Source: Candidatus Altarchaeum sp. (GTDB lineage: Archaea > Altiarchaeota > Altiarchaeia > Altiarchaeales > Altiarchaeaceae). Taken from it: 30,506 bases of DNA. Shown piece by piece: positions 1 through 8,016 of the stretch. Under the pieces are notes generated by a model. That model searched no databases, was not told where the DNA came from, and saw only the letters and a list, made by a program, of their open reading frames with translations. Location: contig JAGWDQ010000068.1 in NCBI GenBank assembly GCA_018260615.1, positions 31,236-61,741 of the forward strand. Direction: 5' to 3'. Numbering within the stretch: position 1 is the first letter of the stretch; each line of letters opens with the position of its first letter. The translations under genes and the position numbers were made by a program.

Positions 1-55
1 ATAAATATTATAAATTTAAATAAATATTATAAATTTAAATAAATATTATAAATTT
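1..55. repeat. AT-only tandem repeat, 19-bp unit ATAAATATTATAAATTTAA x ~2.9
   Basis: Units read at 1-19, 20-38 and 39-55 (partial). The repeat touches the window edge. Confidence 0.9.
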
Positions 56-57
56 TT

Positions 58-174
58 CTATTGAATTGGATCCAATATATAAGTTCCGCTAAAATTTATC
101 CATATAAAATAAGATATTAGTACCAATATAAATACAATTATGATTATTTTTAGTTCTTTGTTTATCTTCTGCAT
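58..174 (-). CDS. Putative 38-aa single-pass membrane peptide (MQKINKELKIIIIVFILVLISYFIWINFSGTYILDPIQ)
   Basis: Translated by hand: ATG at 174, TAG at 58-60. Basic N-terminus followed by a ~19-aa hydrophobic stretch. Below the ORF-track cutoff. Confidence 0.4.
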   Translation of the reverse strand: MQKINKELKIIIIVFILVLISYFIWINFSGTYILDPIQ

Positions 175-269
175 TTTATCTTGTTATGAAAAAAATTAAT
201 TATCAATTAACTTTTATTAATTAAATATTTAATATTTAAAATATCAAAATTAAAGAACATTATAAAAAT

Positions 270-488
270 ATGAAAATTTCTGTTAAGGCAATTCCGAATG
301 CCAGAAAAGACGAAGTAAAGTTGGCGGGAGAAAATGTTGAAGAGGGACTAATTGTAAAGGTTCACGCCCCTCCGGAAAAGAACAAGGCAAATGAAAGAGT
401 TATTGAAATTTTGAAGGATTATTTTAAAGCAGATGTCCGTCTAATTAGCGGTGAAAAAAGCAGAAAAAAAATTGTTGAAATTTTATAA
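270..488 (+). CDS. DUF167/YggU (UPF0235) family protein
   Basis: Motifs VKAIPNARKDEV, VKVHAPPEKNKAN and LISGEKSRKK are typical of DUF167. Confidence 0.9.
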   Translation: MKISVKAIPNARKDEVKLAGENVEEGLIVKVHAPPEKNKANERVIEILKDYFKADVRLISGEKSRKKIVEIL

Positions 489-540
489 ACAAAAAGTAAT
501 TAGTATGACTTTTAAATTTTAAAATTAAAGTAAAACCAGA

Positions 541-1458
541 ATGCTCAAATTTTATACTCCTGACGGACATTTGGAAGCAAAAACCATGGAATTACTAAAA
601 AAAGCCGGCTTTGACATAAAAATTTCGGAGAGGAATTATAAACCAACAATTGACGACAAAGACATAATGTTAAAACGACTGCGACCTCAGGATTTTCCGT
701 TTTTGCTTGCATTGGGAAAAGGAGATATAGGAATATGCGGACTTGATATCCTGACAGAATTTAAGATAACTTACAAGGATTTGGCAGACAATGTTGTTGA
801 ATTAATGGATTTGAAATTAGGATGGACAAAATTAGTGGCGGCAATATCCGAAGAAGTAATTCCGGATGTTAAGACAATTGATGACTTTGCAAAGTATGCC
901 GAAGAAAGGAGTAAAAATAAAGACGATGTTGTTATTGTAAGTGAATATCCTGCAATTGCCAGGGAATATTTAGAGCGACACAACATTAAAGCAATTGTAA
1001 GAAGGCCGGCAGGAAAAACAGAGGCATGGCTCATTCCCCCGGATAATGAGGCGGATATGATAATAGATACAACAGAAACAGGGACAACACTGAAAGCAAA
1101 CAGATGCATAATTATAGATACGCTCCTTGAATCAACCGCTCACATTGTTGCCAACAAGGACTCATTAAATTCGGAAAAGAAGGAAAAGATAATGGAAATT
1201 GTTGACCTGATTAAGGGAGCAATGAGTGCGGAAAATAAGGTTAATGCATATATGAATGTGTTTGAGCCGAAAAATTTGGAAAATGTGCTGAACCTAATAA
1301 AACAGTACTCCTCAAATCCTACAATATCCCGGCTTGATAATGGGGGCTATGATATATTTATTATTATAGATGCACAAAATTTAAAATATATTCTTCCGAA
1401 ACTAAAGAAGGAAGGTGCAAGTGAAATTGCAGTAAGTGATGTCAGGATGTTATTGTGA
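541..1458 (+). CDS. hisG: ATP phosphoribosyltransferase, long form with C-terminal regulatory domain
   Basis: LRPQD, GDIGICGLD, SEYP, G(K)TEA and ADMIIDTTETGTTLKAN motifs, plus a C-terminal ACT-like extension. Confidence 0.92.
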   Translation: MLKFYTPDGHLEAKTMELLKKAGFDIKISERNYKPTIDDKDIMLKRLRPQDFPFLLALGKGDIGICGLDILTEFKITYKDLADNVVELMDLKLGWTKLVAAISEEVIPDVKTIDDFAKYAEERSKNKDDVVIVSEYPAIAREYLERHNIKAIVRRPAGKTEAWLIPPDNEADMIIDTTETGTTLKANRCIIIDTLLESTAHIVANKDSLNSEKKEKIMEIVDLIKGAMSAENKVNAYMNVFEPKNLENVLNLIKQYSSNPTISRLDNGGYDIFIIIDAQNLKYILPKLKKEGASEIAVSDVRMLL

Positions 1459-1519
1459 AAGCACCTTTTTTTGAGTCATGCCCGGTAAAAATGACCAAAC
1501 AAGATGCAAAAGTCACGAT

Positions 1520-1778
1520 TTTTGAAATTTACGCTCACTTCGTTCGTGTCTTTACAAAATGTTTCGCATTTTCAAAATACTTCAAGTATTTTGAAAGATT
1601 GAAAACTAATAGTTTTCAGTATTTGTAAGATTGAAAATCTCATAGATTTTCAGTATTTCAAACTCTTTGCGAGTTTGAAAATCACCTCACTTCCGCTCAC
1701 TTCGTTCGTGTATTTCCAAAACTTTGCGTTTTGAAAATCGTTCGGAGATTTTCAAAATACTTTGTACTTTGAAAATTG
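1520..1778. repeat. Modular REP-like hairpin array
   Basis: CGCTCACTTCGTTCGTGT at 1532-1549 and 1694-1711. Hairpins: TTTCAAAATACT-tca-AGTATTTTGAAA (1570-1596), TGAAAACT-aat-AGTTTTCA (1600-1618), TGAAAATCT-cat-AGATTTTCA (1632-1652), TTTCAAACTC-tttgc-GAGTTTGAAA (1656-1680), CAAAAC-tttgc-GTTTTG (1717-1733). Confidence 0.85.
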
Positions 1779-1814
1779 TTTTAAATTTCCAAATAAAGAA
1801 AATTTTTAATTGAA

Positions 1815-2567
1815 ATGTTCGCAAAAATTATTGCTAAAAGGACTGAAAATGAAAATAAGACAATAGTAACCTTAAAACTTGATAAGGGCTTTAATCAGTT
1901 AAATGCAACGCCGGGACAATTCCTGATGATATGGATTCCCGGAATTAATGAAAAGCCGTTTTCCGTCTCAAAAATTTCGGATGAATATTGCGAAGTTACA
2001 ATAGCAAAGGTCGGGAATTTTACTGAAAATTTAATAAACAAAGGAATTAATGACGGCGTTGGAATCAGGGGACCTTTTGGCAGCGGATTTAAGATTGCCG
2101 AAGAAAAAGAAATTTTAATTGTTGCAGGAGGAGTCGGACTTGCACCACTTGCCCAGCTTCCTGAAATTTACAAGACAAAAAAATTTACCTTTGCAGTTGG
2201 TTCAAAAACGAAAAACGAATTATTCTTCATTGAACGACTCAAAGCCAGCAAAAATACAAAAATTTTCATTTCAACTGATGACGGAAGCACCGGATTTAAG
2301 GGTTTTGTAACGGAGTTAGCAGAAGAAATTATAAGAAATGCGGAGCATAAATACGACTTAATTATCACATGCGGAAGAAAAGAAATGCTGAAAAATGTCT
2401 GCAAAATTTCAAAAAAACACAATATTGACTTACAAATTTCAGCCGACGCCTTTATGAAATGCGGAATCGGGATTTGCGGAAGCTGCGCAACGGGAAAATT
2501 TCTGGTTTGCAAAGACGGACCTGTTTTTATGAATGATGATGTAGATTATTTGGTCAAATTTATGTGA
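1815..2567 (+). CDS. pyrK: Dihydroorotate dehydrogenase electron transfer subunit (FAD/NAD, 2Fe-2S)
   Basis: PGQFLMIW, KPFSVS, RGPFGSGF, VAGGVGLAPL, TDDGS and the MKCGIGICGSC...VCKDGPVF 2Fe-2S motif. Confidence 0.85.
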   Translation: MFAKIIAKRTENENKTIVTLKLDKGFNQLNATPGQFLMIWIPGINEKPFSVSKISDEYCEVTIAKVGNFTENLINKGINDGVGIRGPFGSGFKIAEEKEILIVAGGVGLAPLAQLPEIYKTKKFTFAVGSKTKNELFFIERLKASKNTKIFISTDDGSTGFKGFVTELAEEIIRNAEHKYDLIITCGRKEMLKNVCKISKKHNIDLQISADAFMKCGIGICGSCATGKFLVCKDGPVFMNDDVDYLVKFM

Positions 2568-2608
2568 GTAGGTAAATTTAATGGTTATGAAATGCAAACA
2601 ATATAAAA

Positions 2609-3730
2609 ATGAAAATTGCTCAAAATTTTCTTGTGTTTTCGGTTTCATTCGGGCTGATATTTTTCAGTTTTGCAGCGGCACAACTATATCTTGCGGTTGA
2701 ATTTAACAAGACCTCAAATGTGGATGTAGCTTTTATGTCTCTGCTTTTAATATATCTGTTTGCGGCAATATTCTCTCCCATATCGGCTTATGTTGTTTCA
2801 AAATTTAATCCGAAAAAAGGAATAATACTGTCAAGTGTTGCATATTTGCTTTTTTGCGGAATTCTCGTTACAAAAAACGAAACTGCAATTTATATTGTTT
2901 CCGCATTGCTTGGAATTGCATCATCGGTCTTATGGACTTCCTGCGGAACATACATTCTTTCAATTACAGCTCAGAAATATTACGGGCGGGCATTGGGAAT
3001 ATTTAACACGGTATTTTCGCTTATGTGCATTTTCGGTATGCTTACGCTTGGAACCCTTCTTTCATATTACGACTTTAAAATTTCTTATCTGCTAATATTA
3101 ATTCCCGGAATTGCCGGATTTTTCATGCTGTTCTTAATCAGGGACTTAAAAATTTCAAAAACGGCTAATTTTAAAGAAGGACTTAAAAATTTCTTTAATC
3201 CTAAATTTCTGATATTCGTTCCTTTGTATGTTGCCCAGGGATTTTTGTTTTCACTGACAATAGGTATTATTCCGATTGAAATAAAGGACATGTTTTCGGA
3301 AATTTTTGTCGGAATTTTCGGAGTCCTGTTTTATTTGATTCCTTTGTTTTCGGCTTACGGAGTGGGAAAAATTTCGGACCGTATCGGAAGGCCTGTTTTG
3401 TTCATCGCATTCTATATTTTGATAGGAGCAGCAATGCTTATACTGACAAATAAAGAGAACTTTATTATAGGCATAAGTATTTTTGCGCTCGCCTTTTCAT
3501 TCACGAGGGTTTTGCTAATTGCTTATGTCGGGGACTTGTGCAAAGGCAAGAATTTGGAATCAGGAAATGCTTTGTTCAATACTGCATTAAATTTAGGGGT
3601 TGTGCTTGGATTTTTGACATTCATGTTAATTAAAAATAATAATCCGGATAGCGATTTGATTTACATAATTTCATTTTTTATTACAATTCTCTCGTTGCTG
3701 GGATTTGCGGTTGATAGGAAATTTAAATAA
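2609..3730 (+). CDS. MFS transporter (UNC-93-like)
   Basis: About 11-12 hydrophobic segments, the MFS loop motif GKISDRIGR and LGIASSVLWTSCGTY. Confidence 0.8.
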   Translation: MKIAQNFLVFSVSFGLIFFSFAAAQLYLAVEFNKTSNVDVAFMSLLLIYLFAAIFSPISAYVVSKFNPKKGIILSSVAYLLFCGILVTKNETAIYIVSALLGIASSVLWTSCGTYILSITAQKYYGRALGIFNTVFSLMCIFGMLTLGTLLSYYDFKISYLLILIPGIAGFFMLFLIRDLKISKTANFKEGLKNFFNPKFLIFVPLYVAQGFLFSLTIGIIPIEIKDMFSEIFVGIFGVLFYLIPLFSAYGVGKISDRIGRPVLFIAFYILIGAAMLILTNKENFIIGISIFALAFSFTRVLLIAYVGDLCKGKNLESGNALFNTALNLGVVLGFLTFMLIKNNNPDSDLIYIISFFITILSLLGFAVDRKFK

Positions 3731-3748
3731 AATGTAAAATTTTATTTC

Positions 3749-3906
3749 TTAACATTTCAGGTAAGTTTTCGCACACTTTTTTGCATTTTAAAAACGAAGT
3801 TTTTAAAATCTCCGAACGATATCAAAAATGCTTCAGGCATTTTTGAATATCCCAAAAATCTTATAGATTTTTGCGATAGTGAAATGATTTTGTCTCCGAA
3901 TATAAT
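3749..3906. repeat. Degenerate copy of the REP-like/MITE hairpin element
   Basis: AAAATCTCCGAACGAT is the reverse complement of ATCGTTCGGAGATTTT near 1737. Hairpins TTTTAAAAAC-gaa-GTTTTTAAAA, TCAAAAATGC-ttcag-GCATTTTTGA and CAAAAATCT-tat-AGATTTTTG. The left end TTAACATTTCAG matches the TIR GTAACTATTCAG at 9/12. Confidence 0.7.
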
Positions 3907-3978
3907 TTTATAAAAGTTATAATTAATTAATCACAAATTAAAAAACAAGTGCCAAAAAATTAAACAACCCCGATAAAA

Positions 3979-4980
3979 ATGAAATTTAGCGTAAATGAAG
4001 AGGACATAGTAGTAAAACAGAACTGCGAGACGGACCCAAGATACGGATGCGAACCTGAGAACAGGAAAATTTCGGATTACATATCTTATGGAATTATAAA
4101 CATAGATAAGGTAAAAGGACCGACTTCGCATCAGATTTCGTTTTGGGTTAAGCAAATGCTGGGCTTAAAAAAGGTTGGGCACGGCGGAACATTAGATCCG
4201 CATGTAACCGGACTGCTTACAATGCTGCCCCAGAATTCGACAAAGGTGGAGAGAATTATTACCTCGGTAAATAAAGAATATGTGGGGATAATAAATTTTA
4301 GCAAGCCGGTGGAAAAGAAAAAAGTTGAACGTTTATTTGAGTATTTTACAGGAGAAATTTATCAAAAACCACCGTTAGAAGCGGCTGTTTCCAGAAAGAT
4401 CAGAAGCAGAACGGTGTATTTTATAAAATTTTTGGAGATGGATGAAGATAGAATGAATATATTATTCAGGGTCGGATGCGAAGCCGGGACATATATAAGG
4501 GTTTTATGTACGGATATCGGCTTAATGTTTGGTATGAATGCAGTAATGGCTGATCTGAGAAGAACAAGGAGCGGGATTTTTGATGAAAATTCCTGTGTGT
4601 ATTTGCAGGACTTAAAGGATGCGGTTGAGATATGGAAAGAAACAGGGGACGAAAAAATTTTAAGAAAGATAATTCATCCGGTTGAAGAGGTCTGCGACAG
4701 TGTTAAGAAAATCTGGGTAAAGGATTCAGCGGTCAATGCTGTTTGCTATGGTGCTGACCTAAATATTCCGGGAATTGTAAAATTTGAAAAGAACATTAAA
4801 GTAAATGATGATATAGCAATTATGTCTTTAAAGAACGAACTTGTTGCAATTGGCAAGTCATTAAGAACATCGGAAGAAATTAAGGAGATGGACAAAGGTG
4901 AAGTTGTGGATATAGAGAGAGTAATAATGGAAAGAGATATATATCCGAGATTGTGGAGTTCAAAAACATCCGCACAATGA
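3979..4980 (+). CDS. cbf5: H/ACA RNP / tRNA pseudouridine(55) synthase Cbf5
   Basis: IDKVKGPTSH, the catalytic GHGGTLDP motif, CEAGTYIR, LRRTRSG and a C-terminal PUA domain. Confidence 0.97.
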   Translation: MKFSVNEEDIVVKQNCETDPRYGCEPENRKISDYISYGIINIDKVKGPTSHQISFWVKQMLGLKKVGHGGTLDPHVTGLLTMLPQNSTKVERIITSVNKEYVGIINFSKPVEKKKVERLFEYFTGEIYQKPPLEAAVSRKIRSRTVYFIKFLEMDEDRMNILFRVGCEAGTYIRVLCTDIGLMFGMNAVMADLRRTRSGIFDENSCVYLQDLKDAVEIWKETGDEKILRKIIHPVEEVCDSVKKIWVKDSAVNAVCYGADLNIPGIVKFEKNIKVNDDIAIMSLKNELVAIGKSLRTSEEIKEMDKGEVVDIERVIMERDIYPRLWSSKTSAQ

Positions 4981-5073
4981 AATTTTTATTTATGATTTTT
5001 ATTTTTTGCATATCTTAATTATTCTGTGAAAACATCTAATTAAATTTTAAAATTTAAATTTTAATATTTCAAA

Positions 5074-6129
5074 ATGTCAGTCGGAATTGTAGGTTATGGC
5101 GGTTATGTTCCAAGGTTCAGGATAAAAGCCGAAGAAATAGCCAGAGTGTGGGGAGAAGATGGAAAGAGAATGTCAGCGGGTTTGAATGTTCATGAAAAAT
5201 CAGTTCCGGGAATGGATGAGGATGCGGCAACGATTGCTGTTGAAGCGGCAAGAAATGCGGTTCGGCATGCCAATATTAATCCGCAGGAAATAGGTGCATT
5301 ATACACAGGTTCCGAATCACATCCGTATGCAGTTAAGCCAACAGCAACCATCGTTGCGGAAGCAATAATGGCGACGCCAAATTTAATGGCCGCAGATCTG
5401 GAATTTGCATGCAAGGCGGGAACAGCGGGAATTCAGATGTGTATGGGACTTGTCAAAGCAGAAATGATAAAGTACGGAATGGCAATAGGTACGGATACTT
5501 CGCAGGGAAGACCGGGTGACGCACTGGAATATACAGCATCGGCAGGAGGGGCGGCATACATAATAGGAACGAAAAATTTAATTGCGGAAATTTTGGACAC
5601 ATATTCATTTACAACCGATACACCTGATTTCTGGAGAAGGGAAGGTGCGGAATTTCCGAGCCACAGCGGAAGATTTACGGGGGCACCCGCATATTTCAGA
5701 CATGTGTCATCGGCAGCAACTAAAATTATGGAAAGAAATAATTTAAAACCGGATGATTTTAAATATGTTGTTTTTCACCAGCCGAACGGAAAATTTCCGC
5801 TTGAAGTCGCAAAGAAATTAAATTTTAAAAAAGAGCAGGTTGAACTGGGATTGCTTACTCCATACATCGGAAATACTTATTCCGGAGCAACACCTCTTGG
5901 TTTGGCAAATATTCTTGATTATGCAAATGAAGGCGATTTAATTCTGGCAACATCGTTTGGAAGTGGTGCCGGAAGCGATGCATTTGTTATTAAAGTTACA
6001 AAGGAGAATGAAATAAGAAGGAATCCGAATCCTATAAAAAAGTATGTAGATGATAAGGAATATATTGACTATGCAATTTATGCCAAACTCAAAGGAAAAA
6101 TCAAGGGAATACATTTGAGAAAGGACTGA
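5074..6129 (+). CDS. hmgB: Hydroxymethylglutaryl-CoA synthase (archaeal type)
   Basis: [18 protein letters not shown] (catalytic Cys), [25 protein letters not shown] and SFGSGAGSD. Confidence 0.96.
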   Translation: MSVGIVGYGGYVPRFRIKAEEIARVWGEDGKRMSAGLNVHEKSVPGMDEDAATIAVEAARNAVRHANINPQEIGALYTGSESHPYAVKPTATIVAEAIMATPNLMAADLEFACKAGTAGIQMCMGLVKAEMIKYGMAIGTDTSQGRPGDALEYTASAGGAAYIIGTKNLIAEILDTYSFTTDTPDFWRREGAEFPSHSGRFTGAPAYFRHVSSAATKIMERNNLKPDDFKYVVFHQPNGKFPLEVAKKLNFKKEQVELGLLTPYIGNTYSGATPLGLANILDYANEGDLILATSFGSGAGSDAFVIKVTKENEIRRNPNPIKKYVDDKEYIDYAIYAKLKGKIKGIHLRKD

Positions 6130-6139
6130 AAATCTGAAA

Positions 6140-6176
6140 TTTTATTGTTAAATTTTACTTTTATTGTTAAATTTTA
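6140..6176. repeat. Tandem duplication of TTTTATTGTTAAATTTTA (period 19) upstream of pheT
   Basis: Identical 18-mers at 6140-6157 and 6159-6176. Confidence 0.8.
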
Positions 6177-6183
6177 TTTTGAA

Positions 6184-7077
6184 ATGAAAAGCACATCCCA
6201 AATTATGCAGACCAAAGCAATGGAATTGAGCGTTTCTTATGTCAATAAGATACTCGGAATGAAATTTGATGTTAATGAAATTCAAAATTTACTAATAAAA
6301 GCAGGGATGGAATCAAAGATTATTAACAAAAATCGCTTAAATGTCTTTATTCCTCCATACAGAACTGATATATTGCATGAGATGGATATTGCCGAGGACA
6401 TAGCAATTGCTTACGGTTATGAAAATTTTATTCCTGAAATTCCAAAAATCTGGACGAGCGGACAGGAGGATAAATTCCAGAAATTTTGCAATAAACTGAG
6501 AAATTTAATGCTCGGCTTAAATTTTCAGGAGAGTATGTCCTTAATCCTTACAAACAGAGAAAATTTATTTAAGCGAATGAACATTAAAAGCGAATATACC
6601 GGAGATGTCGTTGAAACGGAGAATGCACTGTCAACAGAACACGATGTTGTCAGGAATTATCTGCTCCCTTCATTAATGTCGTTCCTTGAAACAAACAAAA
6701 CAAAGGGCTATCCGCAAAGAATTTTTGAAATCGGTTATGCTGTTGAGGGGGCCTCAAATGAAAATAAAAATTTTCATGAGGTCTCAAAAATTAGCGGAGT
6801 AATTGCAGGCACAAAGACAAATTTTTCCGAAATAAAAGCAGTCGTTGAGGGTATTTTGTTTGGTCTTACAGACAGCGACAATGTGAAAATTTCAGAGGTC
6901 AATAAGGGATTTTTTATAGAGGGAAGGGCTGCAAAAATTTTAATTACGGATACGGAAGCAGATACCGATGTGGGCTTTTTCGGGGAAATTTCGCCTGTTG
7001 TTATAGAAAATTTCGGAATTGAAGTTCCTGTTACTGCTTTTGAAATAAATTTAACTGATTTGTATAGTAACATTTGA
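6184..7077 (+). CDS. pheT: Phenylalanyl-tRNA synthetase beta subunit, B5 plus catalytic-like domains only (N-terminal part absent)
   Basis: PPYRTDILHEMDIAEDIAIAYGYENF (B5 signature), VVRNYLLPSLM, YPQRIFEIG and FIEGRAA. About 297 aa from ATG 6184; the track's TTG at 6145 is probably not the start. Confidence 0.88.
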   Translation: MKSTSQIMQTKAMELSVSYVNKILGMKFDVNEIQNLLIKAGMESKIINKNRLNVFIPPYRTDILHEMDIAEDIAIAYGYENFIPEIPKIWTSGQEDKFQKFCNKLRNLMLGLNFQESMSLILTNRENLFKRMNIKSEYTGDVVETENALSTEHDVVRNYLLPSLMSFLETNKTKGYPQRIFEIGYAVEGASNENKNFHEVSKISGVIAGTKTNFSEIKAVVEGILFGLTDSDNVKISEVNKGFFIEGRAAKILITDTEADTDVGFFGEISPVVIENFGIEVPVTAFEINLTDLYSNI

Positions 7078-7099
7078 TGAGGGATGTTTAAAAATAAAG

Positions 7100-7435
7100 A
7101 TGGAAAAAACAGGAACAAAAACAGATACAGGAATAAAACAGATACAGGAACAGGATTACAAAAAATCATTGTATTCTATTATAAAGAAGGTTGAAGACAG
7201 CAAACACAGGGCAATCACAATTGTAAATAAATTATTGCAGGATTTGAGAGTGAAGTATCCTGACATGAGTGGATTTTCATCAAGAAATTTATGGAATTGT
7301 AAAAGATTTTATATAACCTATCGCGATTTTTCAAAACTGCGAACACTGTTCGCAGAAATTAGCCGGAATAATAATTTGACATTGCATAATTTTTCCAAAA
7401 CTCCAGCCACCGTCTGGAGAAATTATCTGCACTAA
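7100..7435 (+). pseudogene. DUF1016 (YhcG) N-terminal domain remnant, copy 1
   Basis: DYKKSLYSIIKKVEDSKHRAITIVNK and DLRVKYPDMSGFSSRNLWNCKRFY resemble DUF1016_N. The usual YWxIG segment and the C-terminal nuclease domain are missing. Confidence 0.75.
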
Positions 7436-7955
7436 TAATTTAACATCGCTTAATTATAGTTAAACCATTAACTTTTTGCTTTTGAGGTTCTTAATTATTT
7501 AATTGACTAATTGTTCTCAATTATTAATAAAATTATACAAAAATCACCAATATGAAAAACTACAGACACCGTCTGGAGAAATTATCTGAGTGAAATCGGA
7601 TAAATTTAAACTAAAAAAACAGAAATAAAACAAAGATGAAAAAAACAGGAACAAAAACAAACATTGAAATAAAACAAATACAGGAACAGGATTACAAAAA
7701 ATCATTATATTCTGTTATAAAGAAGGTTGAAGAGAGCAAACACATGGCAATCACAACTGTAAATAAATTATTGCAGGATTTGAGAGTGAAGTATCCTGAC
7801 ATGAGTGGATTTTCATCAAGAAATTTATGGAATTGTAAAAGATTTTATATAACCTATCGCGATTTTTCAAAACTGCGAACACTGTTCGCAGAAATTAGCC
7901 GGAATAATAATTTGACATTGCATAATTTTTCCAAAACTCCAGCCACCGTCTGGAG
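7337..7955. repeat. Five 19-nt 8-3-8 hairpin cassettes with constant flanks AAAA...AAATT
   Basis: CTGCGAAC-act-GTTCGCAG (7337-7355, 7873-7891), CTCCAGCC-acc-GTCTGGAG (7401-7419, 7937-7955) and CTACAGAC-acc-GTCTGGAG (7560-7578). Confidence 0.88.
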
Positions 7956-7971
7956 AAATTATCTGCACTAA
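7636..7971 (+). pseudogene. DUF1016 (YhcG) N-terminal domain remnant, copy 2
   Basis: Near-identical to 7100-7435. Confidence 0.75.
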
Positions 7972-8016
7972 TAATTTAACATTGCTTAATTATAGTTAAT
8001 CCTAAAAAAATTAAAG

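Larger units (their letters stand above)
7096..7999 (+). repeat. 368-bp direct repeat (7096-7463 and 7632-7999, period 536)
   Basis: By-eye alignment gives about 13 mismatches, 12 of them in the first ~125 bp. About 7223-7445 is identical to the second copy. Confidence 0.92.

Noticed and set aside
1520-1778. Possible CRISPR array
   Set aside because: The repeats are not of constant sequence or spacing, and the intervening segments are themselves hairpins rather than unique spacers. No cas genes are in the window.
7321-7970. Possible DGR template/variable repeat pair or mini-CRISPR
   Set aside because: Differences are not confined to adenines, and there is no reverse transcriptase or cas gene in the window. 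The variation is palindromic and compensatory instead.
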